A stretch of DNA of 64,000 bases from Candidatus Micrarchaeota archaeon (lineage in GTDB: Archaea; Micrarchaeota; Micrarchaeia; Burarchaeales; JACRGF01). Shown piece after piece: positions 47,430 through 57,271 of the stretch. Where the stretch lies: assembly GCA_016212395.1 (NCBI GenBank), contig JACRGF010000009.1:28132-92131 (forward strand). The letters are read 5' to 3'. A model generated the notes under the pieces. It saw only the letters and a list, made by a program, of their open reading frames with translations, made no database searches and was not told where the DNA came from. The stretch's first letter is position 1. Every line of letters begins with the position of its first letter. The position numbers were made by a program, and so were the translations under genes.

Positions 47430-48446
47430 TCATCCTACTTTAATTTCCGCCCCGTTCCCGCTTGCTTTTGCTATAAAACAATTTTCAAACTCTTCTTTTA
47501 TTTTTCTCGCAATTTTGTTTTTGTCAGTAAAACCGAACACTAAAGGCCCGAACGAACTCAAGCCCGCGCCCAAGCATTTTCTCTTCAACAATTCAAACGC
47601 TTCCTGCATTTCTTTGCTTTGGTATTCCCACTCAATTTTCTTGAAACCGCTTTCCTGAAGCGCGTTCAAGCATTCACCAAAAGAAACAGCGTCCTTCTCG
47701 CGCACGCTTTCAATTAATTCTTCATACACTATCTTCTTCGTCTTCTCCACTTCGCTTTTTGGAATAGGGCATTTTTCCTGGAAAATGTTTTTTTCTTTCT
47801 CTCCATAAATCATTGTTTCTCTTTTCCCAGGCAACACGCACGCGAACAGCCACTCTTTCGGCAGTTGAGAGTGGAAAACTATTTCAGGAGGCGGAGCGCT
47901 CGCAGCAGATGAAGGCAAAAACGCTTCCTTCTCATTTCCCTTCCCAAACGAGTGCCCTGCATCAACAATAAAGCCACCGCTTTCGAACGCCTTCACTCCA
48001 ACTCCACTCGTCCCGCCTCTTCCCACCAAGCAGGCAAGCTCTCTAATGCTTTTCTTTCCTCCATTCAACTCTTCGCACGCTTTCGCTACTGCAAGCAACA
48101 GTTGAGTAGTGCTCCCCAGTCCAACGTGCGAAGGAATTTCCTCTTCCACTTCAACGCGAAAATTCCCGTTAAAAAAATTTAGAACGTGTTCTATTTGCTT
48201 TCTTCTTTGTTCATTCGTTCCAATTACTTCGTTTTCGTTGCCTGCTTGTTTCTTGCTCGTTCGTGTTGTTTGTTCATTTGCTTGCTTTTCTCCTCTTGCT
48301 TCTATTTTCTCCAAAGTTATTTTCGCGTTAGGCTTTTCGAGCGCGACTCCAGCCCCACCGTCCACGCGCCCGCTTTCACCGTTCAAGTCCACTAGCGCGA
48401 AGTGCAGCCTGCTCGGAGTTTTCACTGAAACTCGCTTAATGCTCAT
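47430..48446 (-). CDS. GHMP-kinase-fold protein, beta-ribofuranosylaminobenzene 5'-phosphate synthase (MptG)-like
   Basis: N-terminal VKTPSRLHFALVDLNGESGRVDGGAGVAL resembles the beta-RFAP synthase family. It has a GHMP Gly-rich loop and a low-complexity insert. Confidence 0.5.
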   Translation of the reverse strand: MSIKRVSVKTPSRLHFALVDLNGESGRVDGGAGVALEKPNAKITLEKIEARGEKQANEQTTRTSKKQAGNENEVIGTNEQRRKQIEHVLNFFNGNFRVEVEEEIPSHVGLGSTTQLLLAVAKACEELNGGKKSIRELACLVGRGGTSGVGVKAFESGGFIVDAGHSFGKGNEKEAFLPSSAASAPPPEIVFHSQLPKEWLFACVLPGKRETMIYGEKEKNIFQEKCPIPKSEVEKTKKIVYEELIESVREKDAVSFGECLNALQESGFKKIEWEYQSKEMQEAFELLKRKCLGAGLSSFGPLVFGFTDKNKIARKIKEEFENCFIAKASGNGAEIKVG

Positions 48447-48500
48447 AAATTAAAATGTGCACTAACAAATTATTATTGTTTTTTTCCTGCGTGTCTGGAG

Positions 48501-49046
48501 GTGTTTGAATTGCATGTCGCTTGGTGCATTACTGGTTCAGGCCACTTGCTGGAAGAAACAGTGAAACAATTCGAGGGAACGAAAAACGTTTCAGTCTTCC
48601 TCTCGCGCGCCGGGGAAGAAGTACTGCGCGCTTACAACCTGCGTGAAGACGTCGAAAAAATAAGCTCAAGCATTTTCCGCGAGAGCGCGATGGGCTCGAG
48701 CTTTCCAGTTGCAGGAGAATTCATGCTCAAAAAATTCGATTTAGTGATTGTTGCTCCAGCAACTGCGAATACAGTTGCGAAAATCAATTTCGGAATTGCA
48801 GACAGCCTTGTTTCGAACGTTGTCGCGCAGGCGCTCAAAGCAGACGCGCGCGTCGCAGTCCTTCCGACAGACGCGCAGGAATTCATTGAGACAACGCTTC
48901 CCTACAACTCGAAAGACGCGAAGGCAAAGCGAAAAACAGCGCGAGTGCACTGCAGGAAAATAGATTTGGAAAACGCGCTGGAATTGAAAAAGCAGGGAAT
49001 AATCGTGCTGAAGCACTCGAAAGAATTGAAAGAATTGTTGAAATAA
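48501..49046 (+). CDS. Flavoprotein (PF02441-type; AfpA/DmrX-like archaeoflavoprotein)
   Basis: WCITGSGHLLE...DLVIVAPATANTVAKINFGIADSL is a flavoprotein-family core. Confidence 0.5.
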   Translation: MFELHVAWCITGSGHLLEETVKQFEGTKNVSVFLSRAGEEVLRAYNLREDVEKISSSIFRESAMGSSFPVAGEFMLKKFDLVIVAPATANTVAKINFGIADSLVSNVVAQALKADARVAVLPTDAQEFIETTLPYNSKDAKAKRKTARVHCRKIDLENALELKKQGIIVLKHSKELKELLK

Positions 49047-49140
49047 TTTGAAATTGCTTTGAATGGCCTAAATCCGTTTTGTAGCGTTTCGAGCAGTGCT
49101 GAATTGTTGATTTTTTTTGTTTGGTTGAGGATTGGTTTAG

Positions 49141-50637
49141 TTGAATTTGAAGAAAGGAGAGAAAGTGTTAGTTGTTACGGTTGAAGAGCCGTCCAAGCTC
49201 GTTCCAAAACTTCCCTACTTGAAGGTTCTCGTGTGCAGCGAGCAGGTGGCAGCGCTTCTCTCAATTAAGAAGATAATCGTGGAGTTGAAGCGCGCGGACT
49301 TGCGCGGCATCGCGCTCGTAGTCGTCCCAGGAAGCGTGCGCGGGGACGTGAAGGAAGTTGAAGATGCTGTGGGCATTCCAGTGCGCAAAGGCCCGCTTCA
49401 CATTGCTGACTTGAAGGCAGCGCTCGAGTCAGAAGTGCAGCTTTCAGCAATCCTGCCTGCTGATGATTTGATGCAGGAAGAAAAAAAGAAATCCATAGCG
49501 CGCGAACTCGAACTCTCTCGTGCTGAAGAAAAAAAGCTGGGAAGCATTCCGTTCGGAGGCCCTGCTAAAATAATTGCTGAAATAGTCGACGCTCCAAAAA
49601 TGAAGGAACGCGAGCTTGCCAAGCGCGCAAGCTATTATTCCACGTGCGGTGCGTGCGTCATTGACTTGGGAATGGTTGCAGGCGAAGACAACAGCAGGAA
49701 AGTGAGTGAAGTCGCTGGTGCAGTACGCTCTGCTGTTTCGCTTCCGCTCAGCATTGACTCGCTTGAAGAAAAGGAATTGGTTGCAGGAGTTGACGCTGGA
49801 GTGGATTTACTTTTGAGCTTGAGCTGGGACTCGCGAGAGTTGGTAAACTCAATTAAAAGCACGCCTGCAGTGATAATTCCGCGCGAAAACAACAAGACTC
49901 CGAAAAATTATTCTCAGAAAATAAAACTGCTAGAAAAAACGTTCGATTACTTTACAGAACGCGGCTTTCGAAACATTGTCGCAGACCCTATTCTCGAGCC
50001 TATTAATTTCGGGTTCAGCGAGTCGCTTGCAGCTTACTACCACTTCCGCGCATTGCATCCGCAAATTCCCATGCTGTTCGGAGTGGGCAACGTAAGCGAA
50101 TTGCTTGACGCAGACTCGCCCGGAGTGCACGCGCTCTTGGCAGCGTTCGCAAGCGAGCTTGGAATGGAGTTCATCCTCACCCCGGAGCATTCCAACAAGG
50201 CAAAGGGAAGCGTGCGTGAACTCGCATCAGCATCCAACCTCATGTTCCTCTCGAAGAAAAAGAAAACATTTCCAAAAAACATTGGCACTGACTTGCTGTT
50301 TTTGAAAGAAAAAAGAAAAAAGGAGGAAGTCGAGCTCAAGGCAAATAAAGAATTCAAGGCGCAACGCAAGCCAATCGCGTACGATAAAGGCAATTTCAAA
50401 ATTTTTGTTTTGCGCGATTTTGTGAAAGCAGTTTATGAGGATGGAAGCGAGCGCATTGCTTTCACTGGCAACAACGCGAGCGACTTGTGCAACACTATAG
50501 TTGAAAAGCTCGGCTCGCGCTTGAGCGGCTCGCACAAAGCGTACTTAGGAAGAGAGTTGATGAAGGCAGAAACATGCCTCGCGCTCGGAAAAAATTATGT
50601 TCAAGACGAGCAGTTATTCAAGGGGTTTCAGAAATGA
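49141..50637 (+). CDS. Dihydropteroate-synthase-like pterin-binding protein (MptH/MJ0107-like) with extra N-terminal domain
   Basis: The central region YYSTCGACVIDLGMVAGEDNSRKV...LSIDS looks like a DHPS TIM-barrel pterin site. It is 498 aa. Confidence 0.45.
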   Translation: MNLKKGEKVLVVTVEEPSKLVPKLPYLKVLVCSEQVAALLSIKKIIVELKRADLRGIALVVVPGSVRGDVKEVEDAVGIPVRKGPLHIADLKAALESEVQLSAILPADDLMQEEKKKSIARELELSRAEEKKLGSIPFGGPAKIIAEIVDAPKMKERELAKRASYYSTCGACVIDLGMVAGEDNSRKVSEVAGAVRSAVSLPLSIDSLEEKELVAGVDAGVDLLLSLSWDSRELVNSIKSTPAVIIPRENNKTPKNYSQKIKLLEKTFDYFTERGFRNIVADPILEPINFGFSESLAAYYHFRALHPQIPMLFGVGNVSELLDADSPGVHALLAAFASELGMEFILTPEHSNKAKGSVRELASASNLMFLSKKKKTFPKNIGTDLLFLKEKRKKEEVELKANKEFKAQRKPIAYDKGNFKIFVLRDFVKAVYEDGSERIAFTGNNASDLCNTIVEKLGSRLSGSHKAYLGRELMKAETCLALGKNYVQDEQLFKGFQK

Positions 50638-51314
50638 ATTACGAAGAATGGCGTAAACTGTACGCTGAACTAAAGAGAGAGCTTGCCCAGCTAGGGCTGC
50701 ATTTCGACAGGGACGAAGAGGCTCGCGATGTTTTGAACAGCCTGCTGAAGCAAGACGTTTTAAAAGAATTAAATTCGCTTGAAGGAAAAAACGTTGTTGT
50801 TTTTGCTGCTGGCGAAAGCTCGCGCTTGCTCCTGCTCGACGAAAAGTTTTTGCGCGTTGCAAGAAAAGCAATAGTTATCGCAACAGACGGAATACTGGAT
50901 GCGCTTTTCAATGCAGGTTTGAACCCTCGCATCGTATGCACTGACTTGGACAGTGATTTTGAATTTATTTCAAAAGCAAGCAGCAAAGGCGCAGTCATCA
51001 TAGTGCACGCGCATGGGGACAATATCCCTCAATTGAAGGAATTCGTGCCGAAGTTGAAGGGAAAAATAGTCGGAACGACTCAAGTTGAACCGAAAGGCGC
51101 TGTCCACAATTTCGGCGGTTTCATAGACGGCGACAGGGCGGTTTTTCTCGCGCTTCACTTCAACGCGAAAGCAGTTGGGTTTGCCGGCTTTAATGCAAAA
51201 AAGAAAAAGCATGAGGCAGGCATAAAACTCGTTGAACAACTGAAAAAAAATAACAAAAACATCTTCAACTTAAGCAATCAAAAAGAACTAAACGCGTTCG
51301 TCAAACTGGTGTAA
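50634..51314 (+). CDS. DUF115-type protein, 6-hydroxymethyl-7,8-dihydropterin pyrophosphokinase (MptE)-like
   Basis: ATGA overlap with the preceding gene. NVVVFAAGESSRLL...IATDG...HAHGDN match DUF115/MptE-like architecture. Confidence 0.4.
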   Translation: MNYEEWRKLYAELKRELAQLGLHFDRDEEARDVLNSLLKQDVLKELNSLEGKNVVVFAAGESSRLLLLDEKFLRVARKAIVIATDGILDALFNAGLNPRIVCTDLDSDFEFISKASSKGAVIIVHAHGDNIPQLKEFVPKLKGKIVGTTQVEPKGAVHNFGGFIDGDRAVFLALHFNAKAVGFAGFNAKKKKHEAGIKLVEQLKKNNKNIFNLSNQKELNAFVKLV

Positions 51315-51317
51315 CAA

Positions 51318-52658
51318 ATGGATTTGGAAGGCTTTGCACGCAGGGGCTTGAAGAGGAAAAGGAAAGCGTCAGCAGTAGCGAGCGACTTGTCTGAACTTAT
51401 TCTCGAAGTGAAGCCTCATCTTTCAAAAAAGCAGGCTGTTGCTTTTGCCAATGCAGTTGTAGAAGAAGTGGAGAAATCAAGTGTTCCTGCTCGCGATGAA
51501 ATAGTTTCAGATGTTTTGCGCATCCCGCTTGCAGGAGTTTCAATGGGTGAAATAGGCGTCGGGTGCAGGGGGCAAGGCGATTTTTTCGTTCACCGCGAAA
51601 TCGCTCGCATTGGCGGGCTGAAGCCTGCCTTGGGCCCTTCAGACCAGGATGACGCGGGCGGAGTTGTGCTTGCGAACAAGGAAGTTATTCTAGTGAGCGT
51701 TGACGGCACGCACAGCAGGCTGAGCGAGTGGCCTTTCCTCGCAGGCTTTCATGTTGCGCGAGCTGCGTTGCGCGATGTTCTAGTAAAAGGCGGGAGGCCT
51801 CTCGGCTTGTTTGTCGACGTTCACTTGGCTGACGACGGGGATGTTGGAAAGCTGCTTGATTTTTCTGCTGGAGTGAACGCAGTAAGCGAGCTTGTCGGAG
51901 CTCCAGTGCTTGCAGGAAGCACTCTGCGCGTTGGAGGCGACATGGTTGCAGGCGACCGCATGGTGAGCTGCGCAGGCGCTGTTGGAATGACGCTTGAAGC
52001 GAACGTAGCGTCCCGCAGCCGCGTAAAGCAAGGCGATTATATTTTAATGACGCGCGGTGCAGGCGGAGGGACAATTTGCACTGCAGCAATTTTTTCAGGC
52101 AACCACGAAGTAGTGAAGGAAACGCTTAATGTCGACTTTTACCGCGCGTGCACTGCTGTTTTCAACGTTCTCGACTGCGTGAGCGCAATGGCTGATGTTA
52201 CGAACGGCGGAATCCGCGGGGACGCGCACGAAATCTCGAAAAGCGCTAACGTTGGAATGAAGCTCGAGTGCGAAAAAATAATTTCTCTCGTAAACCCGCG
52301 CGTGCTCGCGTTGCTTGAAACGCAGAAGATAGACCCGCTCGGAGTTTCGCTTGACTCGCTCCTCGTGTTCACCAAACATCCTGAAAAAGCGATGCGCGAG
52401 ATAAGGCGCGCTGGCGTGCAAGTTGAAATTATTGGAAGAGTTGAAGGCAGAGAATGCGTGCTCGTGAAAAACAAGAAGGAAGAACCGTTCACGCCTTTGT
52501 TCCGCGAGAGCGCTTACACGAAGATAAAAAAACTCGTCGGAGAGAGCACTCCGAAAAACTTTAACGAGTTGCTTGAGCGCGTTAAGCAGGCAACGCAACA
52601 GGCAATTGAAAAAAAGAACAAAATAGTGGAATTCGTGCGGAAGAAAAAAGGTGAATGA
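51318..52658 (+). CDS. PurM-like (AIR-synthase-related) ATP-binding protein
   Basis: VDGTHSRLSEWPFLAGFHVARAALRDVLVKGGRPLGL...GDMVAGD is the PurM/HypE/ThiL superfamily pattern. Confidence 0.5.
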   Translation: MDLEGFARRGLKRKRKASAVASDLSELILEVKPHLSKKQAVAFANAVVEEVEKSSVPARDEIVSDVLRIPLAGVSMGEIGVGCRGQGDFFVHREIARIGGLKPALGPSDQDDAGGVVLANKEVILVSVDGTHSRLSEWPFLAGFHVARAALRDVLVKGGRPLGLFVDVHLADDGDVGKLLDFSAGVNAVSELVGAPVLAGSTLRVGGDMVAGDRMVSCAGAVGMTLEANVASRSRVKQGDYILMTRGAGGGTICTAAIFSGNHEVVKETLNVDFYRACTAVFNVLDCVSAMADVTNGGIRGDAHEISKSANVGMKLECEKIISLVNPRVLALLETQKIDPLGVSLDSLLVFTKHPEKAMREIRRAGVQVEIIGRVEGRECVLVKNKKEEPFTPLFRESAYTKIKKLVGESTPKNFNELLERVKQATQQAIEKKNKIVEFVRKKKGE

Positions 52659-53227
52659 AAATGAACTTGCGTGCTATGGGCTTCAAAAAAAACTGGGTTT
52701 ACGAAGGAATAGCTTCAACTGAAAGCAAAGACTGCTCGCAGAACAACGCGCCAATGGGCTTTCTCTCAACAGGCTTGAAGGCAATAACCCTCCGGCCTTA
52801 CCGCAACACGCGCACTTACGAAAACATTCAGCGAACGAAAAAATGCGTTCTCCACTCTCTAGAGCTAAGTGAAGAAAACGTTTCCTCTTTCCACGACTTC
52901 ATTTGGAGCGAGAAAGCGAAAAAAGCGAAGAAAGTAAATTCAACAGGCTTCCTTGTTTTGAAAGCAGAAAAAATAAAAGAAGACAAGGCAAATGCAGGCA
53001 GAAGCATTGTTGTTTGCTCTGTTGTGAAAGCAGAAGGAAAATTCTTTTTGTTCTCGCGTGCTCCTTCCCTCGCGTTCGAGTGCGTGGTGAAGGCAAGCAA
53101 GCTCGGCTTGAGGTTGGAAGACGACGCGCTCCTGCGCGCCATAATAAAAAACAATCTGGAAACAATTCAACGGATAGCTCCGAATTCGGAATGCGAAAAG
53201 ATTGCTGTAAAATGCAGTAGTTTATAG
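52655..53227 (+). CDS. Hypothetical protein (DUF447-like, possible FMN-binding split barrel)
   Basis: A 190-aa protein with a GTGA overlap onto the PurM-like gene. Weak family recollection only. Confidence 0.3.
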   Translation: MKMNLRAMGFKKNWVYEGIASTESKDCSQNNAPMGFLSTGLKAITLRPYRNTRTYENIQRTKKCVLHSLELSEENVSSFHDFIWSEKAKKAKKVNSTGFLVLKAEKIKEDKANAGRSIVVCSVVKAEGKFFLFSRAPSLAFECVVKASKLGLRLEDDALLRAIIKNNLETIQRIAPNSECEKIAVKCSSL

Positions 53228-53536
53228 CTTCTTTCCGGTTTGAGCTATCAATTTTTTTCCTTCCTTCAAAGTCTTCCTTCCTTTTCCAGTAAGCGCGTAG
53301 TATTTTCTCCTTCCCTCGAATTTCGACGTGATCAGCCTTTCATTTTCCAGCCTGTAGAGCACCACGTAATTCAAAATCAATCCCGGCTTCCACCCGAACT
53401 TTTTCTCTATCTTGTCCTGCATGGTGTAAGCATACTCGTTGTTCTTCTTCAGCAGGCTCAACACGTAGAGCCACAAGTTTCCTTGAGTAAGCGTCCGTTC
53501 CAGCCTTCTCACGGGGCTCGTCTTCTCTTCAGCCAT
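53222..53536 (-). CDS. PadR-family transcriptional regulator
   Basis: LWLYVLSLLKKNNEYAYTMQDKI...PGLILNYVVLYRLENERLI is a PadR winged helix. Confidence 0.7.
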   Translation of the reverse strand: MAEEKTSPVRRLERTLTQGNLWLYVLSLLKKNNEYAYTMQDKIEKKFGWKPGLILNYVVLYRLENERLITSKFEGRRKYYALTGKGRKTLKEGKKLIAQTGKKL

Positions 53537-53560
53537 GCTTTTCCTATTGTTTGCGCGGGA

Positions 53561-53621
53561 TTTAAATAGTTTTTTGTCTATAAAATATTTTACAACTGTA
53601 AAACAGTTTTCGACTGTAAAA
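53561..53621. promoter_or_regulatory. Divergent padR/MIPS promoter region with TATA-like boxes and direct repeat ACTGTAAAA x2
   Basis: tttaaatag and ctataaaatatttt; ACTGTAAAA at about 53595 and 53613, centres 18 bp apart. Confidence 0.4.
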
Positions 53622-53631
53622 GAGTGAGAAC

Positions 53632-54717
53632 ATGGGTAAAATAAAAATCGCTATTGCTGGTGTTGGGAATTGCTCGAGCTCGCTCGTCCAGGGCTTGACT
53701 TACTACAAAAACGTGAAGGCTACGGACGAATTGATTCCCGGATTGATGCACAATTCCATCGGCGGCTATCTGTTGAGCGACATCAAGGTTGTCGCTGCTT
53801 TTGACATTGACAAGCGCAAGGTCGGCACGGACGTGAGCGAAGCTATTTTTTCTCCTCCCAATTGCACTATCAAGTTTTCAAGCGTTCCAAAGCTTGGCGT
53901 TGAAGTGAAGAAAGGCCCTGTGCTTGACGGGGTTGCAGAGACTACGAAGCACATGTTTCTTGTTGACGCTGGCCAGAAGCCTTGCGACGTGAAGAAAGAG
54001 CTTGAGGACTCTGGCGCTGAAGTGCTTGTTAATTACATGCCTGTTGGCAGCGAGCAGGCTGCGAGGTTTTACGCGCGTGCTGCGCTTGACGCCGGCTGCG
54101 GCTTAGTGAACTGCATGCCCGTGTTCATCGCGAGCGAGAAAGAATGGTCAAGCAAATTCGAGGAGAGAAAACTGCCTGTGATTGGCGACGACATCAAGTC
54201 CCAGGTTGGCGCGACTATCCTGCACCGCGTTCTCGCGCGCTTGTTTCTCGAGCGCGGGGTGAAAGTAGAGCGCACTTACCAGCTGAACGTTGGCGGAAAC
54301 ACTGATTTCGCTAATATGCTTGAGCGTTCGCGCTTGATTTCAAAAAAGATTTCAAAGACAGAAGCTGTGCAAAGCCAGTTCCCAGTGCGCTTGAGCGACG
54401 ACAACATCACCATCGGGCCAAGTGATTACGTGCCTTGGATGAAGGACAAGAAGGTTGCTTTCGTGCGCGTTGAAGGCAGAAAGTTCGGAGACGTGCCGAT
54501 TGTTTTGGACTGCAGGCTCGACGTGGAGGACTCGCCGAATTCCGCTGGAATAGTTGTTGACGCGGTAAGGTGCTGCAAGCTCGCGCTCGACAGGAAAATC
54601 GGAGGCGCGCTCACTTCCGCTTCAAGCTACTTGTTCAAGCACCCGCCTATTCAATTTACTGATGTAGAAGCGCGCAGGCAGCTTGAAGAATTCATTACTG
54701 GCACGAGAGAAAAATAA
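53632..54717 (+). CDS. myo-Inositol-1-phosphate synthase (archaeal type)
   Basis: MGKIKIAIAGVGNCSSSLVQGLTYYKN...NYMPVGSEQAARFYA. Confidence 0.85.
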   Translation: MGKIKIAIAGVGNCSSSLVQGLTYYKNVKATDELIPGLMHNSIGGYLLSDIKVVAAFDIDKRKVGTDVSEAIFSPPNCTIKFSSVPKLGVEVKKGPVLDGVAETTKHMFLVDAGQKPCDVKKELEDSGAEVLVNYMPVGSEQAARFYARAALDAGCGLVNCMPVFIASEKEWSSKFEERKLPVIGDDIKSQVGATILHRVLARLFLERGVKVERTYQLNVGGNTDFANMLERSRLISKKISKTEAVQSQFPVRLSDDNITIGPSDYVPWMKDKKVAFVRVEGRKFGDVPIVLDCRLDVEDSPNSAGIVVDAVRCCKLALDRKIGGALTSASSYLFKHPPIQFTDVEARRQLEEFITGTREK

Positions 54718-54855
54718 GAATGGTTTTGCAGTTGAGTCGACTGCTCGACAACGCTTTGCATTGTCGATAGTTTTGAGTAGTTTCGAGTTGTTTTGGCTTG
54801 TTTCGATTCTTTGATTGTGCAGTTGTTTTGCGTTGTTTCGATTGGGTGGTCGTGA

Positions 54856-55476
54856 ATGTTGAAAACAAATTTTTCTGATTTTGCTGAAAGCATTTCAATA
54901 CGAATAGGAATGCTTTTCTCGAGAATTCCGCTTACTCCCAACCAGTGGACTGTATTGTCCATCCTTCCTGCGATTATCGGTTTTTATTTTCTTTTTGAAA
55001 AGCAAATGGCTGCAGCCATTGTTTTATTCGCGTTTTCCACTCTCATTGACGGCATTGACGGAGGCGTCGCGCGCGTTACCGGCGCTGTCTCGAGCTTGGG
55101 CGCTTACTTGGACGGAATAGTGGACAGGATTGTCGAAGCATTGTTGTTGTTCGGGCTGATGTTCTCAGGCTTCGTCTCTGATTACTATAATATTCCAAGC
55201 TATGCCTGGCTTGCGTTGCTGTTGTTTGCAGGAACGGTTTTCACTTCCTACGCGCGCGCTTACGCTGACCACCGCAAGGCGCTCACTGACGAGAAAAAAC
55301 TGAAGAAAATGGGCGGGTTGCTCGAGCGGCCGGAACGCCTAATTCTGGTTTTCGCAGGAATGGCCGCGTGGTTCTACCAGCCTGAATATTTAACGTACGC
55401 AATAGTTGCTGCTGCATTGCTTTCGTGTGTTACTGTGCTCCAGCGCGTTTTGTTCGTAGTGCGGAATGCAGAATGA
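54856..55476 (+). CDS. CDP-alcohol phosphatidyltransferase, archaetidylinositol-phosphate synthase-like
   Basis: DGIDGGVARVTGAVSSLGAYLDGIVDR is the CDP-OH PT motif D-G-x2-A-R-x8-G-x3-D-x3-D. It is adjacent to MIPS. Confidence 0.8.
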   Translation: MLKTNFSDFAESISIRIGMLFSRIPLTPNQWTVLSILPAIIGFYFLFEKQMAAAIVLFAFSTLIDGIDGGVARVTGAVSSLGAYLDGIVDRIVEALLLFGLMFSGFVSDYYNIPSYAWLALLLFAGTVFTSYARAYADHRKALTDEKKLKKMGGLLERPERLILVFAGMAAWFYQPEYLTYAIVAAALLSCVTVLQRVLFVVRNAE

Positions 55477-55552
55477 GCGAGTGTTTGCGCGCGCGTTTTT
55501 TTGCGAGTGCTGTCCGTAGTCAAAAACGCGGAATAAAACAGATTAATATTTT

Positions 55553-56257
55553 TTGCTTGCGTTCGTGTTCCTTGTGTTTGAAGGTTTCGCGCGTGCGTTA
55601 AAGGAGTTTCACGGCATTCTCTTTGATTTAGATTCAACGCTTGCGCGCTTGAGGCGAGAAGCTGATTTTTTCGAGGCTTTCAAGAAGCTTTCCTTTGCTG
55701 TCCTCATTCAACTGCTTTTCTTCTTCGTGTTTCTAGTTAGTTTCGGCGCGCTCGTGTTCTTCTGCGGCTTGACCGGCTTTGATAAGTACGCTGGTTTTCT
55801 AAAATCAATTTCCCCGATTGTTTACGCGAGCCTGCTCGTAGTCTTCTTCAAATACCCTGTTTACTTCGGCGTGTGGCTGTTCTCGCTTGTTTCTTCTTTT
55901 TCGCTCGCCCGCTTTCTCGGAGGCAGGCAGTCTTTCAAGCAAGCGTTCGCGCACTGGTGCTACTTTTACTACTTCGGCTTTATAGTCTATTTCCTCATCG
56001 CTTTTTTTCACGAAGGATTCGTAACCCCAATCGCTTCCACTGCAAGCTATTACCTGTTCGTCCTCACTTTGCTGTTGTTCGTGCCTTTCCTCGTTTACCT
56101 CACTTCCTATTCAGTGCGCATTAACAACAATTTCAGCCACAAGAAGGCTTTCGCAATACAGCTCGTGGTAATAGTTTTGGCTGTGGCGCTCGCGTTCCTC
56201 GCGTTTTACGCGTGGTTCAGCGAGCCGTTGAACGAACTCGTCCTGCGCTTGCAGTAG
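55553..56257 (+). CDS. Yip1-domain-like polytopic membrane protein
   Basis: A 234-aa protein with 5 TM helices after a short cytosolic N-terminus. Confidence 0.35.
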   Translation: MLAFVFLVFEGFARALKEFHGILFDLDSTLARLRREADFFEAFKKLSFAVLIQLLFFFVFLVSFGALVFFCGLTGFDKYAGFLKSISPIVYASLLVVFFKYPVYFGVWLFSLVSSFSLARFLGGRQSFKQAFAHWCYFYYFGFIVYFLIAFFHEGFVTPIASTASYYLFVLTLLLFVPFLVYLTSYSVRINNNFSHKKAFAIQLVVIVLAVALAFLAFYAWFSEPLNELVLRLQ

Positions 56258-56264
56258 TTTCTTC

Positions 56265-57248
56265 CTATCCAGACGTAATTTTTACTATTTTCAGCTGGTA
56301 CGCAAGCGTTTTTCCCGCGAGCGGGTGATTATAATCAAGCACTATGCTCGTCTCATTCGACGAGTACAGCCTCGCCTCTACAATTACTCCGTTCGCGTCC
56401 TGCTTGTAGTACCTTGTCGCTTCAAGCGCTTCCAGCCTGTACTTCATCTCGTTCTCGCTCACTTCAGTAATCGTCCCGGCTAATGGCGTCACGAACAATT
56501 TCTCGTCGCTCACGTAATCCCCGTACGATATTTTCACGCCCATTGCCGCTGACGGTATTGAAAAATTCTGGCCAAGCTCGGGATTGTTTTTTATTTTCAC
56601 GCTTGAATTCGTTTTCTCAAGCACTGTTGCCTGCCACCCGCTAAGCGTTACGTTCGCGCCTTCAATCATGCCACTCTCCGGAATTCCAGCCATTTCAACA
56701 AGCGTGCTCACTTCGTAAGTTTGAACGCGCGAAATAGTTGATTCGCGCGGTATCGTAACAAGGCGCGTGCCTTTCCACTCCCCGTACGCTTCCCCTGGAG
56801 AAAGCGTAACGTTCTTCTCCTCGCCTTCACGCATTCCAACTAACGCTTTTTCAACGCCTTTCACGAGCCCGCTCGCATCAAGCTGAAGCATCGCCTGCGC
56901 TGGAACATACGTCTTGCCTTCAACAAACACTCCAGCGTCAACAGCTACTTGCTTTATGCTCGTGTCTATCACTTTCCCCCCAGCATCCCTTGCAACGTAA
57001 TCAAACAACACTCCATCCCCGTACTTCGCAACATTCTCAACAACCACTGGCGGAGTTGGCTTTTGCGAGTCCATGAACAAAACTATTCCCGCGACTGCCA
57101 CGAGCGCAACAAGCATCAATCCAAAATACACGTATATCTTCGGAAAACCTTGCTCTTGCTTTTCAGTTTTCTGAACAGCATCTTCACGCTGTTTTGTTTG
57201 CGCGTGCTGTGCATGCACGTGTTTTTTCACTTCGCTCATTCTCACCAA
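56265..57248 (-). CDS. Membrane-anchored FKBP-type peptidyl-prolyl cis-trans isomerase
   Basis: An N-terminal TM helix, the FKBP core GVLFDYVARDAGGKVIDTS, and a second FKBP-like end NHPLAGKTLAYQLKIV. Confidence 0.65.
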   Translation of the reverse strand: MVRMSEVKKHVHAQHAQTKQREDAVQKTEKQEQGFPKIYVYFGLMLVALVAVAGIVLFMDSQKPTPPVVVENVAKYGDGVLFDYVARDAGGKVIDTSIKQVAVDAGVFVEGKTYVPAQAMLQLDASGLVKGVEKALVGMREGEEKNVTLSPGEAYGEWKGTRLVTIPRESTISRVQTYEVSTLVEMAGIPESGMIEGANVTLSGWQATVLEKTNSSVKIKNNPELGQNFSIPSAAMGVKISYGDYVSDEKLFVTPLAGTITEVSENEMKYRLEALEATRYYKQDANGVIVEARLYSSNETSIVLDYNHPLAGKTLAYQLKIVKITSG

Positions 57249-57271
57249 CTCCTAACGCTACTAAAACAAAT

